64,000 nucleotides of DNA, from assembly GCA_951406725.2 (NCBI GenBank), contig OX597836.1, positions 16,306,001-16,370,000 on the forward strand, given 5' to 3'. The stretch is from Octopus vulgaris. Taxonomy: Eukaryota. Below the pieces are notes generated by a model, which saw only the letters and a program-made list of their open reading frames with translations, was not told the origin of the DNA and did not search any database. A program made the translations under genes and the position numbers. This document shows, piece by piece, positions 28,477 through 43,424 of this stretch. The stretch's first letter is position 1; every line of letters begins with the position of its first letter.

Positions 28477-28800
28477 TGTTTTTAACCGTGGAACCGATAA
28501 AGCTTATAAACAATAAGGTGTAAATATTGGGTTAAAAAACCATTTGAAGAGGAAAAGTAGAAGGCTGTCCGTGAGACATTTTCTAGTCAGCGAGTTAGTT
28601 AATCCAATAGTTAAATGGTATTTCACGCATGCGCACACACGCACACACACAGATGCACATAAACTCTTCCGAGAATCCTTCACAATCATATACACCCCCA
28701 CATCTTCAAAGGAATGCCTGACGGGTGGTGGTTGAATAACTATGAAAGCAGTCATGATCGCTTGTAATCAGCAGCGGCAGAAATAGAAGTGGAGAAGAGG

Positions 28801-28851
<51 letters not shown>

Positions 28852-28859
28852 GTAGATAG

Positions 28860-28892
<33 letters not shown>

Positions 28893-28938
28893 TAGATAGA
28901 TAGAGAGAGAGAGAGATAGATAGATAGATGGATGGATG

Positions 28939-29014
<76 letters not shown>

Positions 29015-29261
29015 TAGATAGATAGATAGGAAGAGAGAAGTGTGTATGCGTGCGTACCTGAGAGACTACAAGCTGCAGGTGAACGAGAGCTAATAGTCAA
29101 AATACGATCTCAGAATTACGATTTCCGGGTTTTTCTTCATCACGTAGTACTGTTTGTCACTGTACTCTGTCTTGTTACATCTTCCCTTAGAATTCCATTA
29201 ATCCTCACCAGCATCAAGCCTGAATTACACTAATATTGAACCAGTCTGTATTACTTAAGTG

Positions 29262-29548
29262 GAAGCACATGCCCCAGTGGTTAGAGCAGCGTACTCGCGG
29301 TCGAGGGCTAGCGGGTTCGAATCTCAGACCGGGCGATTTTTGTGTTTATGAGCGAAAACACCTAAGCTCCACGCGGCTCCGGCAGAAGGTAATGGCGAAC
29401 TTCTGCATACACTTTCTCTCACACTTTCCTCTTGCAGCTCAACTACGATGGACTGGCGTCCCGTCCAGGTGGGGCACCTATACGCCAAGGAAACCGGGAA
29501 ACCGGCCCTATGAACTAGGCGTGGCTCTAGAAGGAACAAAGAACAACT
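29262..29548 (+). mobile_element. SINE family C (tRNA-derived head)
   Basis: A-box-like TGCCCCAGTGGTTAG and B-box GGTTCGAATCT, body AAAACACCTAAGCTCCACG...; related copies at 39238-39548 (-) and 48207-48390 (+). Confidence 0.82.
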
Positions 29549-29940
29549 GTATTACTTAACTAGTAATTTTATTACTTATCTTTATTATTTTTAACATTGG
29601 ATTATCAACAGAATTCGTTCATTTCCTCCACCCCATTCCAATGCTGTTTGAATCAACACGAAGAATGTTTTTAACGTAGTGTTTTGTGGGAATTTTTGTT
29701 ATTTTTAATTTTCTTTCTTTCTTTATTTATTTATTGCAGCTCAATTCTTCCTCAACAACTTTTGTTTGTCGATATTGAAATTTGAATAAATCTTATCTTT
29801 TTTCATTGATATTTAACTTTTTAACTATATACTACTCAACTATTTTTGTAGTTCATCGCTTCCATGAAGGATCAACTTAATAATTGACTTCGATAGAATT
29901 TGAACTTTGAGCGCGAAGGGCCGGAATAAATGCAGCAATA

Positions 29941-30028
29941 CTGGTACTTTATTTTATCGATCCCAAGGACTGGTACTTAATTTTATCGATCCCAAGGACT
30001 GGTACTTTATTTTATCGATCCCAAGGAC
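29941..30028. repeat. Tandem triplication of a 29-30 bp unit inside a SINE B remnant
   Basis: CTGGTACTTTATTTTATCGATCCCAAGGA repeated three times. Confidence 0.9.
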
Positions 30029-30165
30029 AAAAATGCAAAGCTTGCCTTGGTTTGATTTGAACTCAGACTGACAATTCTGCTAATCTACTGATTTAATGCG
30101 TCTTCTTAAAACGCTTAACTATTCTCCTTTAATATGCATACATAAAGATAGATTATACGCAATAT

Positions 30166-30199
<34 letters not shown>

Positions 30200-30409
30200 A
30201 CGTGTATATATGTGTGTGTATACATATATGCATGTATGTATATATATCGATATACTCACACATGTGTACATCAATGTGTGAGTGTATACGTGTATATGTA
30301 TGTCTGTCTCTGTATACAGTTGAATAGAGACAGACAGACAGACAGATAGAGCACCGGAGTGCGTTGCTGTCTAGTTATCTGACGTTATCTACATCACTAA
30401 AAGACTTGT

Positions 30410-30461
<52 letters not shown>

Positions 30462-30859
30462 AAATGACCAGCAATGCCGCTGGTCATTGGCCAAATGCAG
30501 TGATGTGTGGTGGTCAGCAGCTGTGAGAAACAAGATTATGCTTTTAGCGTGTATCTGCAATATTTCCTGTTATTGTCTGGTATTTGTTTGTTTCGGTAAA
30601 TAAATTTCAAAAGCAAAAGGCAAACTGTTCATCGGTCGGCCTCGACGATGAGTATTTCATGTGTTCTGATTGTTGTTGTTGTATGACCCTAGGTTGTATA
30701 ACACTGGTCTATGTGACTCATTCCACTCAAGTAACACTTGTACTTTTAACATAATTCCTAGACAGAATCAGTATGCGACAAAGTATGGGATATGCTATGT
30801 GACTGTGTGACACAGTAGTGGTATAGCAGGGGATACAGTGGATGGCACTGGGTGTAACG

Positions 30860-31403
30860 CATATCATCATCTGAAAAAGATTTTCTAATTAGAAAGGGTA
30901 TGGCCTGGTCAGCCTGTAATGATATGCAGAAGATCTGGTCATCAAATCTAAGTAGAGATTTCAAACTTAAAATCTTCAAAGCCACAGTCGAACCAATTCT
31001 ACTATATGTCTCAGAAACCTGGACGTTATCAAAGAAGCTTGAGATGTGGTTGGATGGAACTTACACTCGCCTCCTTATGAGAGCTCAAAATATCTCGTGG
31101 AAGCGTCATCCAGCCAAAGTACAAATATATGGGAAACTACCGCCTGTATCATCTCTTGTGAAAGGTAAGAGAGTCCAGTTTGCTGGACATTGTTGTAGAG
31201 CTGAAAACGAGGTAATTTCTACTCTTCTCCTCTGGAAGCAGTCTGCTCGCGATACCAGAGGGCGCACACTCTCCTACCCTGATGTAATCTCCAGGGATAC
31301 CGGTATCCAGCAACAGGACCTCCGTAATGCTATGATGGACCGTGAAGTCTGGCGTAACATAGTAAATTCCATTGTCTCGACCACGGTCGAACAATGATGA
31401 ATG
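30860..31403 (+). mobile_element. 5'-truncated RTE-clade LINE 3' end (RT C-terminal region)
   Basis: ORF 30900-31397 reads AWSACNDMQKIWSSNLSRDFKLKIFKATVEPILLYVSETWTLSKK...MMDREVWR, with LLYGSETW-like and DRxxWR motifs typical of RTE. It ends in a (TGA)n tail. Confidence 0.9.
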
Positions 31404-31761
31404 ATGGTGAACTCAATATGAAACATAGTGTGTGACTCATTGTGAGACAGTGATTGTAACAATAACGCGACAGAGCGTGACACAGTAGGTGACAGCGTGT
31501 AACACAGCATGTAACACGGTTCGTCGCAGGATTACTCATTCTTACCAGCTGAGTAGACTGAAGCAATGTGAAATGAAGTATCTTGCTCAAGAACACAACG
31601 CATTAGCCAGTCCAGGAATCGAAACCACAATCTTACGATCATGAGTTCAACACCCTAACCATTAAGCTATACGCCTCCACATATAGTAGGGCTGGAGTCC
31701 TTTAAATTAAAGGATCAGTCCATCCGTGTCACCTCATTGTTTTTGTCTCATTAATTTGATC

Positions 31762-31973
31762 CTTTACTCTTTTACTTGTTTCAGTCATTTGACTGTGGCC
31801 ATGCTGGAACACCGCCTTTAGTCGAGCAAATGGACCCCAGGACTTATTCTTTGGAAGCCTAGTACTTATTCTATCTATCTCTTTTACCGAACCGCTAAGT
31901 TACGGGGACGTAAACACACGAGCATCGGTTGTCAAGCGATGTTGGGGTGACAAACACAGACACACAAACATAT

Positions 31974-32052
<79 letters not shown>

Positions 32053-32218
32053 TACGACAGGCTTCTTTCAGTTTCCGTCTACCAAATCCACTCACAAGGC
32101 TTTAGTCGGCCCGAGGCTATAGTAGAAAACACTTGCCCAAGGTGTCACGCAGTGGGACTGAACCCGGAAGCATGTTGTTGGTAAGCAAGCTACTTACCAC
32201 ACAGCCACTCCTACGCCT
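31762..32218 (-). mobile_element. SINE family A copy, full-length
   Basis: Reverse complement of family A from tail to head. Confidence 0.9.
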
Positions 32219-33262
32219 ATATATCCTAGGTTATATTAAAAAATATAGCTGAAGATGTCGCGCACAAGAATCGAACCTGAGGATCTATGTTTATTATTTT
32301 TTTTAATCTTTTAGCCAAGAATGAAGAACAATAGCCATACCATTCACAGGGCCTTCGATAATTCTGAAAGGATCGAGCGAGGAAGGTAGGTATCCTGAGA
32401 CTGGAGGCCTAACCCCAATTACATGCAACAGTTAGGTCCACTATAGGTACCCAGAGTGCATGATGGGGTTGGGTCACGAGTTAATTCAATTATCCAAGGA
32501 AGATGTGGTGGTATTTGAAAGGCAAGGTCTGGCCGGTGTGAATACAAAACAGGCAGAATATCTGGACTGGATATGGCCGGATTAAATGCTAAAGGAGCAA
32601 CGATAATACGCACATATACAAATACACACAAATCAATGATGATGTCATAAAAAACAAAATGGCTTCTTTCTCCCAGCGCTAACATCAATGATCGTTACAA
32701 TAAGGTGGCACACGAACCAAAGGAGGAGGAACCTCTACGTGGTCACACAGTTTGTTAGAAATAACAGTCAAATCTCCTTCAAATCGTATATCATCCTCCC
32801 AGAAAAGACGTCGCTGGATTATGAGGTCCCGGCTTCCCTGACTGTAGGAACAAAACAGGATGCTCACTGCTAGAATACCATTGATCATGGCTCGACTTGA
32901 TTAGGGATGACCTGGGGCTAAACAACAACGTCAAGCAGCAACAACAGCAGAGAGAGATGCAGGTAGAGAGAGACCTGTCTGTGGTTGCTAGAAATAGCAG
33001 TCGAAACCCTCAGAAAGTACATCCAGTTCTTTTTTAACAAAACCGAACGACAGCATTGGACTTGTGCTGCTTCTAGGAAGAAGATGGAATGTTCACGGCT
33101 GGAACGATGTTGGATTATAGACCAGGTCGACCAGGGTTGTTAGTCATGGATTTTAAGAAAAATGACAACAGCAATAACAACAACAAAAGCAAAATTAAAC
33201 AATAACAAGAACAATGCCAGCAACAACGCCTAGGATACAAAAGACAATAATATCATCACCAC

Positions 33263-33305
<43 letters not shown>

Positions 33306-33484
33306 GTAATCATCATCATCATCGTCGTTGTCATCATGATCATCGTCACCAGCATCATCATCACATCACCCCACCACGACCACGACCACGACCACCACGA
33401 CCACCACCACCATCATCATCCTCATCATCATCAGCAGCAGCAGCATAGTGCAATAACAACATGGACATCAACAGCAATAACAAT

Positions 33485-33702
33485 CTTTTCTGCTATAGGC
33501 ACAAGGCCTGAAATTTTTTGAGAGTTGGGAGTTTGTCGATGACATCGACTCCAGTGTTCAACTGGTCCTTAATTTATCGATCCCGAAAGGATGAAAGTCA
33601 AAGTCGACCTCAGCGCAATTTGAACTCAGAACTTAAAGATGGACGAAATGTAGCCTTAGCATTTTGTCCAGCGTGCTAACGATTCTGCCAGTTCGCCATC
33701 TT
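33485..33702 (-). mobile_element. SINE family B copy
   Basis: Reverse complement of family B. Confidence 0.85.
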
Positions 33703-33741
33703 AGCAACAACAACAACAACAACGAAAAACGTTATCATATA

Positions 33742-34118
33742 GGCATAGAAGTGGCTGTGTGGTAAGTAGCTTGCTTACGAACCACATGGTTCCGGGTTCA
33801 AGACCCACTGCTTGGCACCTTGGGCAAGTGCCTTCTACTATAGCCTCGGGCCGACCAAAGCATTGTGAGTGGATCTGATAAACGGAAACTGAAAGAAGCC
33901 TGTCGTATATATATACGACGGGCTTCTTTCAGTTTCCGTCTATATGTATATATGTATATATGGAGTGTCTGTGTAGTAAGTATCTTGCTTACGAACCACA
34001 TGGTTCCGGGTTCAGTCTCACTGCGTGGCACTTTGGGTAAGTGTCTTCTACTATAGCCTCGGGCCAACCAAAGCCTTGTGAGTGGATTTGGTAGACAGAA
34101 ACTGAAAGAAACCTGTTG

Positions 34119-34185
<67 letters not shown>

Positions 34186-34410
34186 GTGTGTGTATGTGTA
34201 TATGTTTGTGTGTCTGTGTTTGTCCCCCATCCGACATCGCTTGACAACCGATGTTGGTGTGTCTACGTCCTCCATAACTTAGCGGTTCGGCAAAAGATAT
34301 GAATAGAGTAAGTACTAGGCTTACAAAGAATAAGTCCTGGGGATCGATTTGCTCGACTAAAGGCGGTGCTCCAGCATGGCCGCAGTCAAATGACTGAAAC
34401 AAGTAAAAGT
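33742..34410 (+). mobile_element. SINE family A: 5' half, short inverted piece, then a second near full-length copy
   Basis: Head at 33742, fold-back at 33879-33942, new head at about 33962, tail at about 34410. Confidence 0.88.
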
Positions 34411-35714
34411 ATCAAAGTATCATCATTAATATCAAGAACAACAACAACAACGACGACGATCACTCCCCCCCCCCACGGCCCCACCACCACCACCATCACC
34501 GCCACCACCATCACCGCCGCCGCCACCACCACCACCCGTATTGCCACCTAATTAATGAGTAAGATGTTCATGACACATAAGCACACCCCGACCCGTCCCG
34601 TCCCGTCATGACCATCATCTCCGGTTTAAGGGATGCTTGCAGGTATGACTATATTCTGAAGAGGAAAGGAGCAGTGGACAAAAGGTGTAACAGATGACAT
34701 CATCGCTCGTTAAAGGTAAACATATATATATATATATTTAGATATAGGATGTGACACAGTTCAATGGACACACGGACACACGCGCACACAAACACGGACA
34801 CACGGACAGCGTCTGTTCCTGTCTTTGTCTGACTACCTGTTGATATATAATATATATTGATTAATAGATACATTGGATTACAAGGTTCAATATATATATA
34901 TAGATATATGTGTGTGTATATATCTGTGTGCATGTGTGTATATATGTGTATGTATCTAAATGTATGTATGTATGTTTATGCATGTACATATATGTACATA
35001 TGTATGTATATATATATGTGTGTGTGTGTATATATATGTACACACACATTTTTGTCTTGGCCAACACCTGTAGGAGTTTCATGTATGTTTGTATATATTT
35101 ATATATATATTTATAAATATATACATATAAATATTTATAAATATATACATCTAAAATATGTATACATGTATATATATTTTAGATGTTTGTGTGAGTGTGT
35201 ATGTGTATGTATGTACACACACACATACACACTGGTACCCGCATATGGCTATCCATTCCCGTCTTTTTCTTGGGCCCTCATGCATCCCCTTCGCCTTCCC
35301 TCCGTTCTTCTGGTTTACTTACGAAGAAAACAGCGTCGAATGTATAAAGGGGGGGACGACGACAAATGGTTGCGCGTGCGTGTTTCTTCACCTGTGCAAT
35401 TGTGTCTGGCACGGGGCATGGCATGGTTAATGTGTGGTCAATGAGAAATCACGTGTCTTGCGAAAGTGATGTCCCCCCAATGAAACCGGGGATCGAAACC
35501 TTGTCACTAATTCATGTCCACGACGTCATTGCCGCCGTTGTCGTCATTGTTGTTAAGTTCTAAATAATCAATGATCGAGCTGGCACATGACCAAAGGGGT
35601 TCCAACAAAGATTACATTGTCCGATTTCTTGAGAGACATTTGGCTGCTATGTCTAGGGTAGAGTCACTGCTGAATGTCTTCGTCGTTCGTTCAGAGTTTT
35701 TTTTTGTGAAGAAA

Positions 35715-35962
35715 ATGCAGTCGGTTACATCGAGCCCAGGACTCCATTCGTAATTCTTTCATTGAATCTGAAAGAATTGAAAGGCAACGTTGTTCTCAGC
35801 GGCAATTGAACTGAGACCATAAAGACCTAGAAGAGCATTTTGTCCGGTGCGGTAACGATTCGTATTTCTTTATTGCACACAAGGGGCTAAACACAAAGGG
35901 GACAAACAAGGACAGACACAGAGATTAAGTCGATTATATCGACCCCAGTGCGTAACTAGTAC

Positions 35963-36012
<50 letters not shown>

Positions 36013-36440
36013 GCGGCAAGATGGCAGAATCGTTAGCACGCACACTGGACGAAATTTCGCCAGTTACTACGCTCTAAGTTCAAATTCCACCGAAGTCGAC
36101 TTCGCCTTTCATCCTCTGGGGGTCGGTAAATGAAGTAGCAGTTGAGTACTGGGGTCGATGTAATCGACTCATCTCCTCTCCAAAATGGCGGCCCATGTGG
36201 CAAAATTTGAAACTATTATTATTAAGAGCGAGGTGGAAGAATCCTTAGCTCGCCGAAGAAAATGTTTCGCAGCCTATCTTCCACCTCCTTACGTACTGAG
36301 TTCGAACTACGCTGAGGTCGCCTTCGCATTTTTATCATTTCGGGGTCGATAAAATATGTACAAGTCAAGTACTGGGGTCGATGTAATCGACAAACCCCAT
36401 CCCCCAAAATTTCAGGAGAAATTTCAATTATAGAAAAAAA
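35715..36440. mobile_element. Cluster of about four SINE family B pieces in both orientations
   Basis: Minus-strand pieces at about 35715-35965; plus-strand copies at 36013-36215 and 36226-36440. Confidence 0.78.
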
Positions 36441-36507
36441 ATTATTATTATGATACACATATATACATATATATATCTGTGTGTGCGTGCATATATATAT
36501 ACGGGGG

Positions 36508-36719
36508 ATGAGGGGATACTGATAAGCCCCTGGCTTTAAGGGTTTCACGAAAGACCTAATGGCCCACCCTTCCAAGTTCTTTTACAGGGCTTAGAAAATC
36601 GGAAGGACTGCTGCAATAAGTGTGTGAATCTGAGAGGAGAATATGTTGAATAAAATCATAATTAACTGATCCTCCTGTATTTTCTTTTACCCAAAGCCAG
36701 GAACTTTTCAGCACCTCCT

Positions 36720-36722
<3 letters not shown>
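36508..36722 (+). mobile_element. Mariner-derived MITE or internal deletion derivative
   Basis: Imperfect TIRs (GAGGGGATACTGATAAGCCCCTGGCTTT / AAAGCCAGGAACTTTTCAGCACCTCC). The interior encodes a mariner-like C-terminus (CCNKCVNLRGEYVE*). Sits in a TA-rich context. Confidence 0.75.
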
Positions 36723-36757
<35 letters not shown>

Positions 36758-36808
36758 TGATTGATTGATTGATTCCAGTTTCAGCTATGAGCTGTGGCAT
36801 GCTGGGAC

Positions 36809-36885
<77 letters not shown>

Positions 36886-38083
36886 TTCTGTCATATGTAA
36901 TCCCTTTAGTATTTATGTTGTTTTGTTGGTTCAAAGGAATATTAATCCCACTTTAGTAAGTGTGTGTGAGAAAATTTATTCCATCGTCTCAGAATCCTTG
37001 AAAAAGCTGAAAAACCATGGTTGAGACCTTGGCGGGATTTGAACTCAGAATTCAGAGCAGTAACTAAATTACCGCAAGGTAAACCGACCATCGAAAGATT
37101 CTACCAATAAACCGCGAAACTCACAAAGCGTGAGTCGACTAGAGGTTAAAGCGCCGTATCGGAGATTCGAGCCAGGAACCTGTGAATTACGATTCAGATT
37201 TCTGAGCCATTCAGCCATGTACGCTCTCTCTCTCTTTCTCTGTCTCTCTCTATCTCGCCCTCTCGCTCTCTTTCACTTTCTCTCTCTCTCTCTCTCTCTC
37301 TCCGCACACACATACATATACACACATACACACATACACTCACATATGTCTATGGACATATATATATATATACACACATATACGACGCACGTACACATAT
37401 TCACGATCACACGTATACACATGCACGAATAGCCCAATCTACACACACATAGACAAATATCAAACACACATATACACACGTACACGAACAGGAGAATAGA
37501 TACACGTGCACACACATACACACGTACACACACGTACACAAATGTACATACATACTCTCAAGTACAAACAAACGCATATAAACATGTACGCAAATGCACA
37601 CACATATACGTACATAGATATACATACACACACGTAACGTAATCGTACACAAATACTCAAGTGCATATATACATACATACATACATACATACATACATAC
37701 GCGTACATATACATACACACGTATACATTCATACACGCGCCTACATGTGCATACACACACACGTACATACACAAACATGCACACATACATATACATACGC
37801 GCACACCTACATACACACACGTATATACGTACATACACGCACACGTGCATATACCTATATATACATACATACACACACAAGTACTTATACATACACACAC
37901 AGACGAACATATATACACACACGCACACGTGCATATGCCTGTATGCATCTGTATGCATGTATCTGTATGCACACACACACACAAACATACACACAAACAC
38001 TCACACACACACATACACACACACACTCACAGACACACACGCACACGTACACACACACACACTCACACACACACTCACGCACA

Positions 38084-38131
<48 letters not shown>

Positions 38132-38491
38132 CATACATCGGTGATACATAAATAAGTGTATTCTGCTCGTATATTTCTAAACAAACGGTAAAGATTCTGA
38201 TATTTCGTCACTAATAAAAACAACCTGGAATAGGCAGGTGTGTGTGTGTATATGTGTGTATGTGTGTGTGTGTGTGCATACAGATACATGCATACATAGA
38301 AAGCCACACATAAACAAACACATGTCCATGCCACATTACTCCTCACCGCCGCCAGCACCGCCACCATTCACCGTCTCCGCCGCCGCCGCCATCTTATGTT
38401 TATGGACCTGATTGATATGTTCGCTAAACATACATCCGTCTTATATGATATGATGGGTTGTTACCTATATATAGTCTACGAATGGTGAGTA

Positions 38492-38540
<49 letters not shown>

Positions 38541-38733
38541 CGCGCGAGTGTATACACGCACACACACACACAACACACACATAAAAATGTATGTGTGTAT
38601 ATATATATATTTACATACAAATATATTTTTGTACGAATACGTTCAAATATAAATGCATACACAAATGTTTATATAATAAATACATGTGTATTTATACATA
38701 CCTTATACGCACATAAATGCGCGCACACACACA

Positions 38734-38802
<69 letters not shown>

Positions 38803-39237
38803 GAATGTGTTTTCTACTGTTCTTCCACTGCTGTTCCAACTGTTGATCCACTGCCAGCTGAGCTGCCATTATTAAACAGACAAAACACAACAATCAACGT
38901 TTGCATTAAGAAGTTCGCATCGCAACCACCAAGGCCGGGGTTCGATCCCGTGATATCTTGCACAAGAGTGTTTTACCATAGAATCGAACAAAAAATATAT
39001 AAGTGGGTAAAAGGAGACTGTACGGAATCTTATTGGATGGATTGCACCTCTCTAATTGTAAATACACAAGCCTTGTCATGTTGATTCTGTCTTAGAATAA
39101 TATAAAGAAATACTCGACCACATGCATTTTAATTCAATGAGCAACCGAGAACTCATCGTCGAAACTGGTGACGGACCATTTACTTCTCTGGGTGTTTTCT
39201 CTGCTCCGTGTAAATTTGAGATTTTTTAAATGTATTT

Positions 39238-39548
39238 ATGCGCCCTTTTCAAGCCTAGCCAGGCTCATGGGCCCGGTTTCCCGGTTTCTGTGGCGTATGT
39301 GTTCTCCCCCACCCCCCAGCTGGATGGGACGCCAGTCCATCGCAGCGTTACTCAAGAAACAGGAAGAAAGATTGAGAGAAAGTTGGAACGAAAGAGTACA
39401 ACAGGGGTCGCCACCACCCCCTAATGGAGCCTCGTGGAGCTTTTAGGTGTCTTCGCTCAATAGACACACAACGCCCGGTCTTGGAATCGAAACCGCGATC
39501 CTCCAACCGCGAGTCCGCTGCCCTAACCACTGGGCCATTGCACCTCCA
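39238..39548 (-). mobile_element. SINE family C copy
   Basis: Minus strand reads GGAGGTGCAATGGCCCAGTGGTTAGGGCAGCGGACTCGCGG...GTTTCGATTCC; shares its body with 29262-29548. Confidence 0.85.
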
Positions 39549-40781
39549 CTATAAATTTGAGATGGCCGCATATATCTTTAATAGTAGACACATAGTTTCT
39601 GGGTTCAAATCAGCTCAGCGATTTTTCCTTGCATTATAGTTCTGGAACGGAGCTCTATATTCTGCATACCCCCATCATTTTTTTCTTTTTTGCCCCCAGA
39701 ATTAGGGGAATTAAGGGCCAGATTATCTGGGAACTTTACTTGCAACAGGGTTAGTGTTCCACCGAGAGTCGTTAGGGTGAGCTGAGGAAGAGTGGATAAA
39801 ACATTGTGAAACTAGAGCGTGGTGTTGTCGGCTCTCTAAAATTGACCCTCACCTCGAAGCCTAGCAGAATGGTGGACTGGGGGCACGATATTTTAGTACA
39901 GCTCTATCCATCACCACACCACCCCACCCCCATTATCACTCAAAGAAATAATGGTACCAGTCTTCCATACTCCCTTGCTTTTAACCAAGTAATTCTCAAA
40001 AGAAAGGGGGCGGGACTGTGAAGAACGAAAAGGGGGGGGGTGTAAATAACAAATTAACATATTTAATTAATTCAAGATGGCCTACAGTTATTTTTTTTTT
40101 CAACTTATCCAATTCCACTGCAAAGAACGAAGAAGTATATGGTAAGTAAACTCTGTTTTCTCATCTCGTTAACTAAGGAAGGGATTGCAGGGGGGGGGGG
40201 GGTCAATGGATTCTAGTAATATTTCGGTGGGGTGGTGGTGGTGGTGGTGGTGGAGTGTGTTAGTTCAAGAACCGCTGTAACCTTTCCAAGCACTTCTTGC
40301 AACACTTCCATTTTCTAGAGAGAAAATACTTCGGTGGTCTCTCGACCTACTAGAAACAGACGCTAAAACCTCCTTCAAACCACAGTCGACTCTATACTAA
40401 ATGATACATCAGATGTAGTAGCCTTGGATACCACCATTAAGAGGACGAATTGGTCACGGATGGGATGTCTTTGACTAATGTTCTGCTCGATCAGAATTCA
40501 TCTGCGACGAAGCAACATCAAAAATCGATGACAAAAACAGCAATAACAACAATAACAACAACAACAACAAACAACATGGCCGTTAGCCAACGACAGAACG
40601 TCTCTGTTGTTGGTTGTCCTGCAAGAACTAGCAGCTAAATCCCTCTAAGGTCACGTAATTTTATCTTAGAAAAAGAAGGACGGATTGGATAAAGTGATCC
40701 TTATATATATTGCACAATATATAAAATAAAACGGGTTGGTCACGACTAGAACGCCTTTTGTCTTAGAGACTAGACAACGAT

Positions 40782-40814
<33 letters not shown>

Positions 40815-40875
40815 AATAATGAAACTTTCCTTTCCCCCATTTTAATGTTATAAAACTTTTAAACAAGACAAATTG

Positions 40876-40948
<73 letters not shown>

Positions 40949-41014
40949 TAGTGGTGGTGGTGGTGGTGGTGGTAGTAGTAGTAGTAGCAGCAGCAGCAGC
41001 AGCAACAGCAGCAA

Positions 41015-41079
<65 letters not shown>

Positions 41080-41515
41080 ACTTCTTCTTTACTATTACTA
41101 CTACCGTTTGTCCACCGCCACCATCCACCATCCACCATCCACCGCCGCCGCCACCATCATCATCACCACGGTCTTTTTTGACATCACGATGTCAATTTAT
41201 GGAAAACATTACCGCTGTCATCATCATCATCATCATCATCATCATCACTACCGCCGCCGCCACCACCACCACCACAACCACCACCATAGTCGTGTCTGTC
41301 ATCACAATTACTCTCATCGTCAACATCATCACCACCACCACTACCACCACTACCACCAATACCATCGTTATCATTATCATCCTCACCGCCACCACCACTA
41401 CCATCACCATCATCGTTATCATCCTCATCAGTACCATCATCACAACCACCACTCCACCACCACCACCATCACCAGACTCGTCCATGACATCGCAATTATC
41501 ATCATCATCATCATT

Positions 41516-41551
<36 letters not shown>

Positions 41552-41836
41552 TTCATCATCATCATCATTGTCATTACCATCATTACCACCAACACCCCCA
41601 TCGCCATGTAATTGCCATTACAGTCATTATCAACGTCCGCCTTATCACCACCACTGCCACCACCACCACCCTAAAAAAAAAACATTACCCCCCACTCCGT
41701 CATCATCCTCACCGCATCACAATTCTCCCCCTCCTCTCCACCAACCAATATCTAACAATGAAGATCGATACGAATCGATCTTCGATCGCCAACAGTTTTA
41801 TTGATTAAAAATGTCGAAAATAATGATAGCTGTTGC

Positions 41837-41882
<46 letters not shown>

Positions 41883-42730
41883 AGGCCCAGATCAGCCCTG
41901 ATTGAGCATTTACGCTGCCGTGATTACAGATCTAGCCATGACCACCTCGTCTAGGACCGCATTATTTAGTGTCCTTTTTTTTTTCAAATTCAAGATGTTA
42001 TGGTTTCAATTGAGGAAGATTTGGCTGCTATGTCTAGCGAGGAGGACCGGCGGTGCTCTGTCTGTTTTCGATCTGCTAGAAGTAACAGTTGAATCTCCCT
42101 CAAACCACACACACTGCTCTCTTGAAAAGGAAAACGAAAACATGTCAACATAGTCGTAAATACTGGTAAAGTGACGGGATGGTCACGGCCGGAATAACAT
42201 TGATCATAAGTCTGTCTTCTTGACTAGGATTGACCTGGGGTTAAGCAACAACAACAGCAACAACAACAGCAAGAACAGCAGCAGTATCAGTCTCACCAAT
42301 AGCAACGACGATGACGATAGCGACAATGCCACGACCACCACCAACAACAATCAGAATACCACCACCAATGACAACACTACCACCGTCACCATAACCATCA
42401 CTGACAACACCAACAACCACAAGAACGTCCCCATCACCACCACCACCACCACCAAAAACACAACGGCAACATCGTTCAAAGTTGCACTGTCCTGACATAC
42501 GTCGTCTTGAGAGTATTTTTAGACTTGGTAGAATCCATCTCCGTGGTTTGTTCGAGAGGGAGAGAACGAGAGAGACAGACAGAAAGATAGTGAGACAGAC
42601 AGATAGACAGGCAGAGACAGAGAGAAAAAGAGAGAGAGAGAGAGAGAGGGGGGGGAATTAACCCGCCAATACACGAACGCTGCTTTCTTTGATCGACTCC
42701 GAAAATACGAAAAGCAAAGCTGACCAAAGT

Positions 42731-42823
42731 GGGCATATGGCGTAGTGGTTAAGAGCGCGGGCTACTAACCCCAAGATTCCGAGTTCGACTCCAGGCTGAA
42801 TAATAATAATAATAATAATAATA

Positions 42824-42861
<38 letters not shown>

Positions 42862-43306
42862 GGGCTACAGCAAATATTCTGCTCAATACCACAGATTTGC
42901 TTGTCAGTCGTTTGACCATAACCAGTCGACCATGTCCCTTAGTGGCTGACGATATAGGCATCTCTAATCACGAGAAGAAGTAGCGTGGGAGCATCATAGC
43001 CGTGTGTTGAAAGGAATTCTTGGAGGTTTGGATTATTCACCTTTGGAAACGTGGGTGGTTCGTTCAACATCCTTAAACAATCCTTATTCAGGGACCTTTT
43101 GAGCGGGATGGGCTACTCGACCAGAAGAAAATTCTAACTGGGCCCCACCTGCAAGATCATGCGCTGTTTATCTTGATATGAGATCACCATGTCGCGCACA
43201 TATGGTTGTGATGCATGTGCCTGGTGTACCCTTATCAGACTGGGTAGTCATGATGGGTATACTGGGCTTCGTATATTTTGATGGCATGCACTGCTCTCTC
43301 ACTCAA
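42731..43306 (+). mobile_element. tRNA-derived SINE-like element with a head interrupted by (AAT)n(ATT)n and a long body
   Basis: A box TGGCGTAGTGG and B box GAGTTCGACTCC at 42731-42798 with no acceptor stem. A non-coding body follows and ends at (AAG)n. Confidence 0.55.
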
Positions 43307-43337
<31 letters not shown>

Positions 43338-43424
43338 AAGAAGAAGAAGAAGAAGAAGAAGAAGAAGAAGAATGACATCGAAAAATAACTTAGGAATGAG
43401 AACCCAGGTTCGAATTTTCCCCAA

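Noticed and set aside
41108-41804. His-rich and Thr/Ser-rich ORFs resembling the TGF-beta tract
   Set aside because: Degenerate (CAT/CAC)n microsatellite open in several frames, with no signal peptide or conserved domain.
42731-42798. tRNA gene
   Set aside because: A and B boxes and an anticodon-like arm are present, but there is no acceptor stem and it runs into (AAT)n; it is a SINE head. The same applies at 29262, 39548 and 48207.
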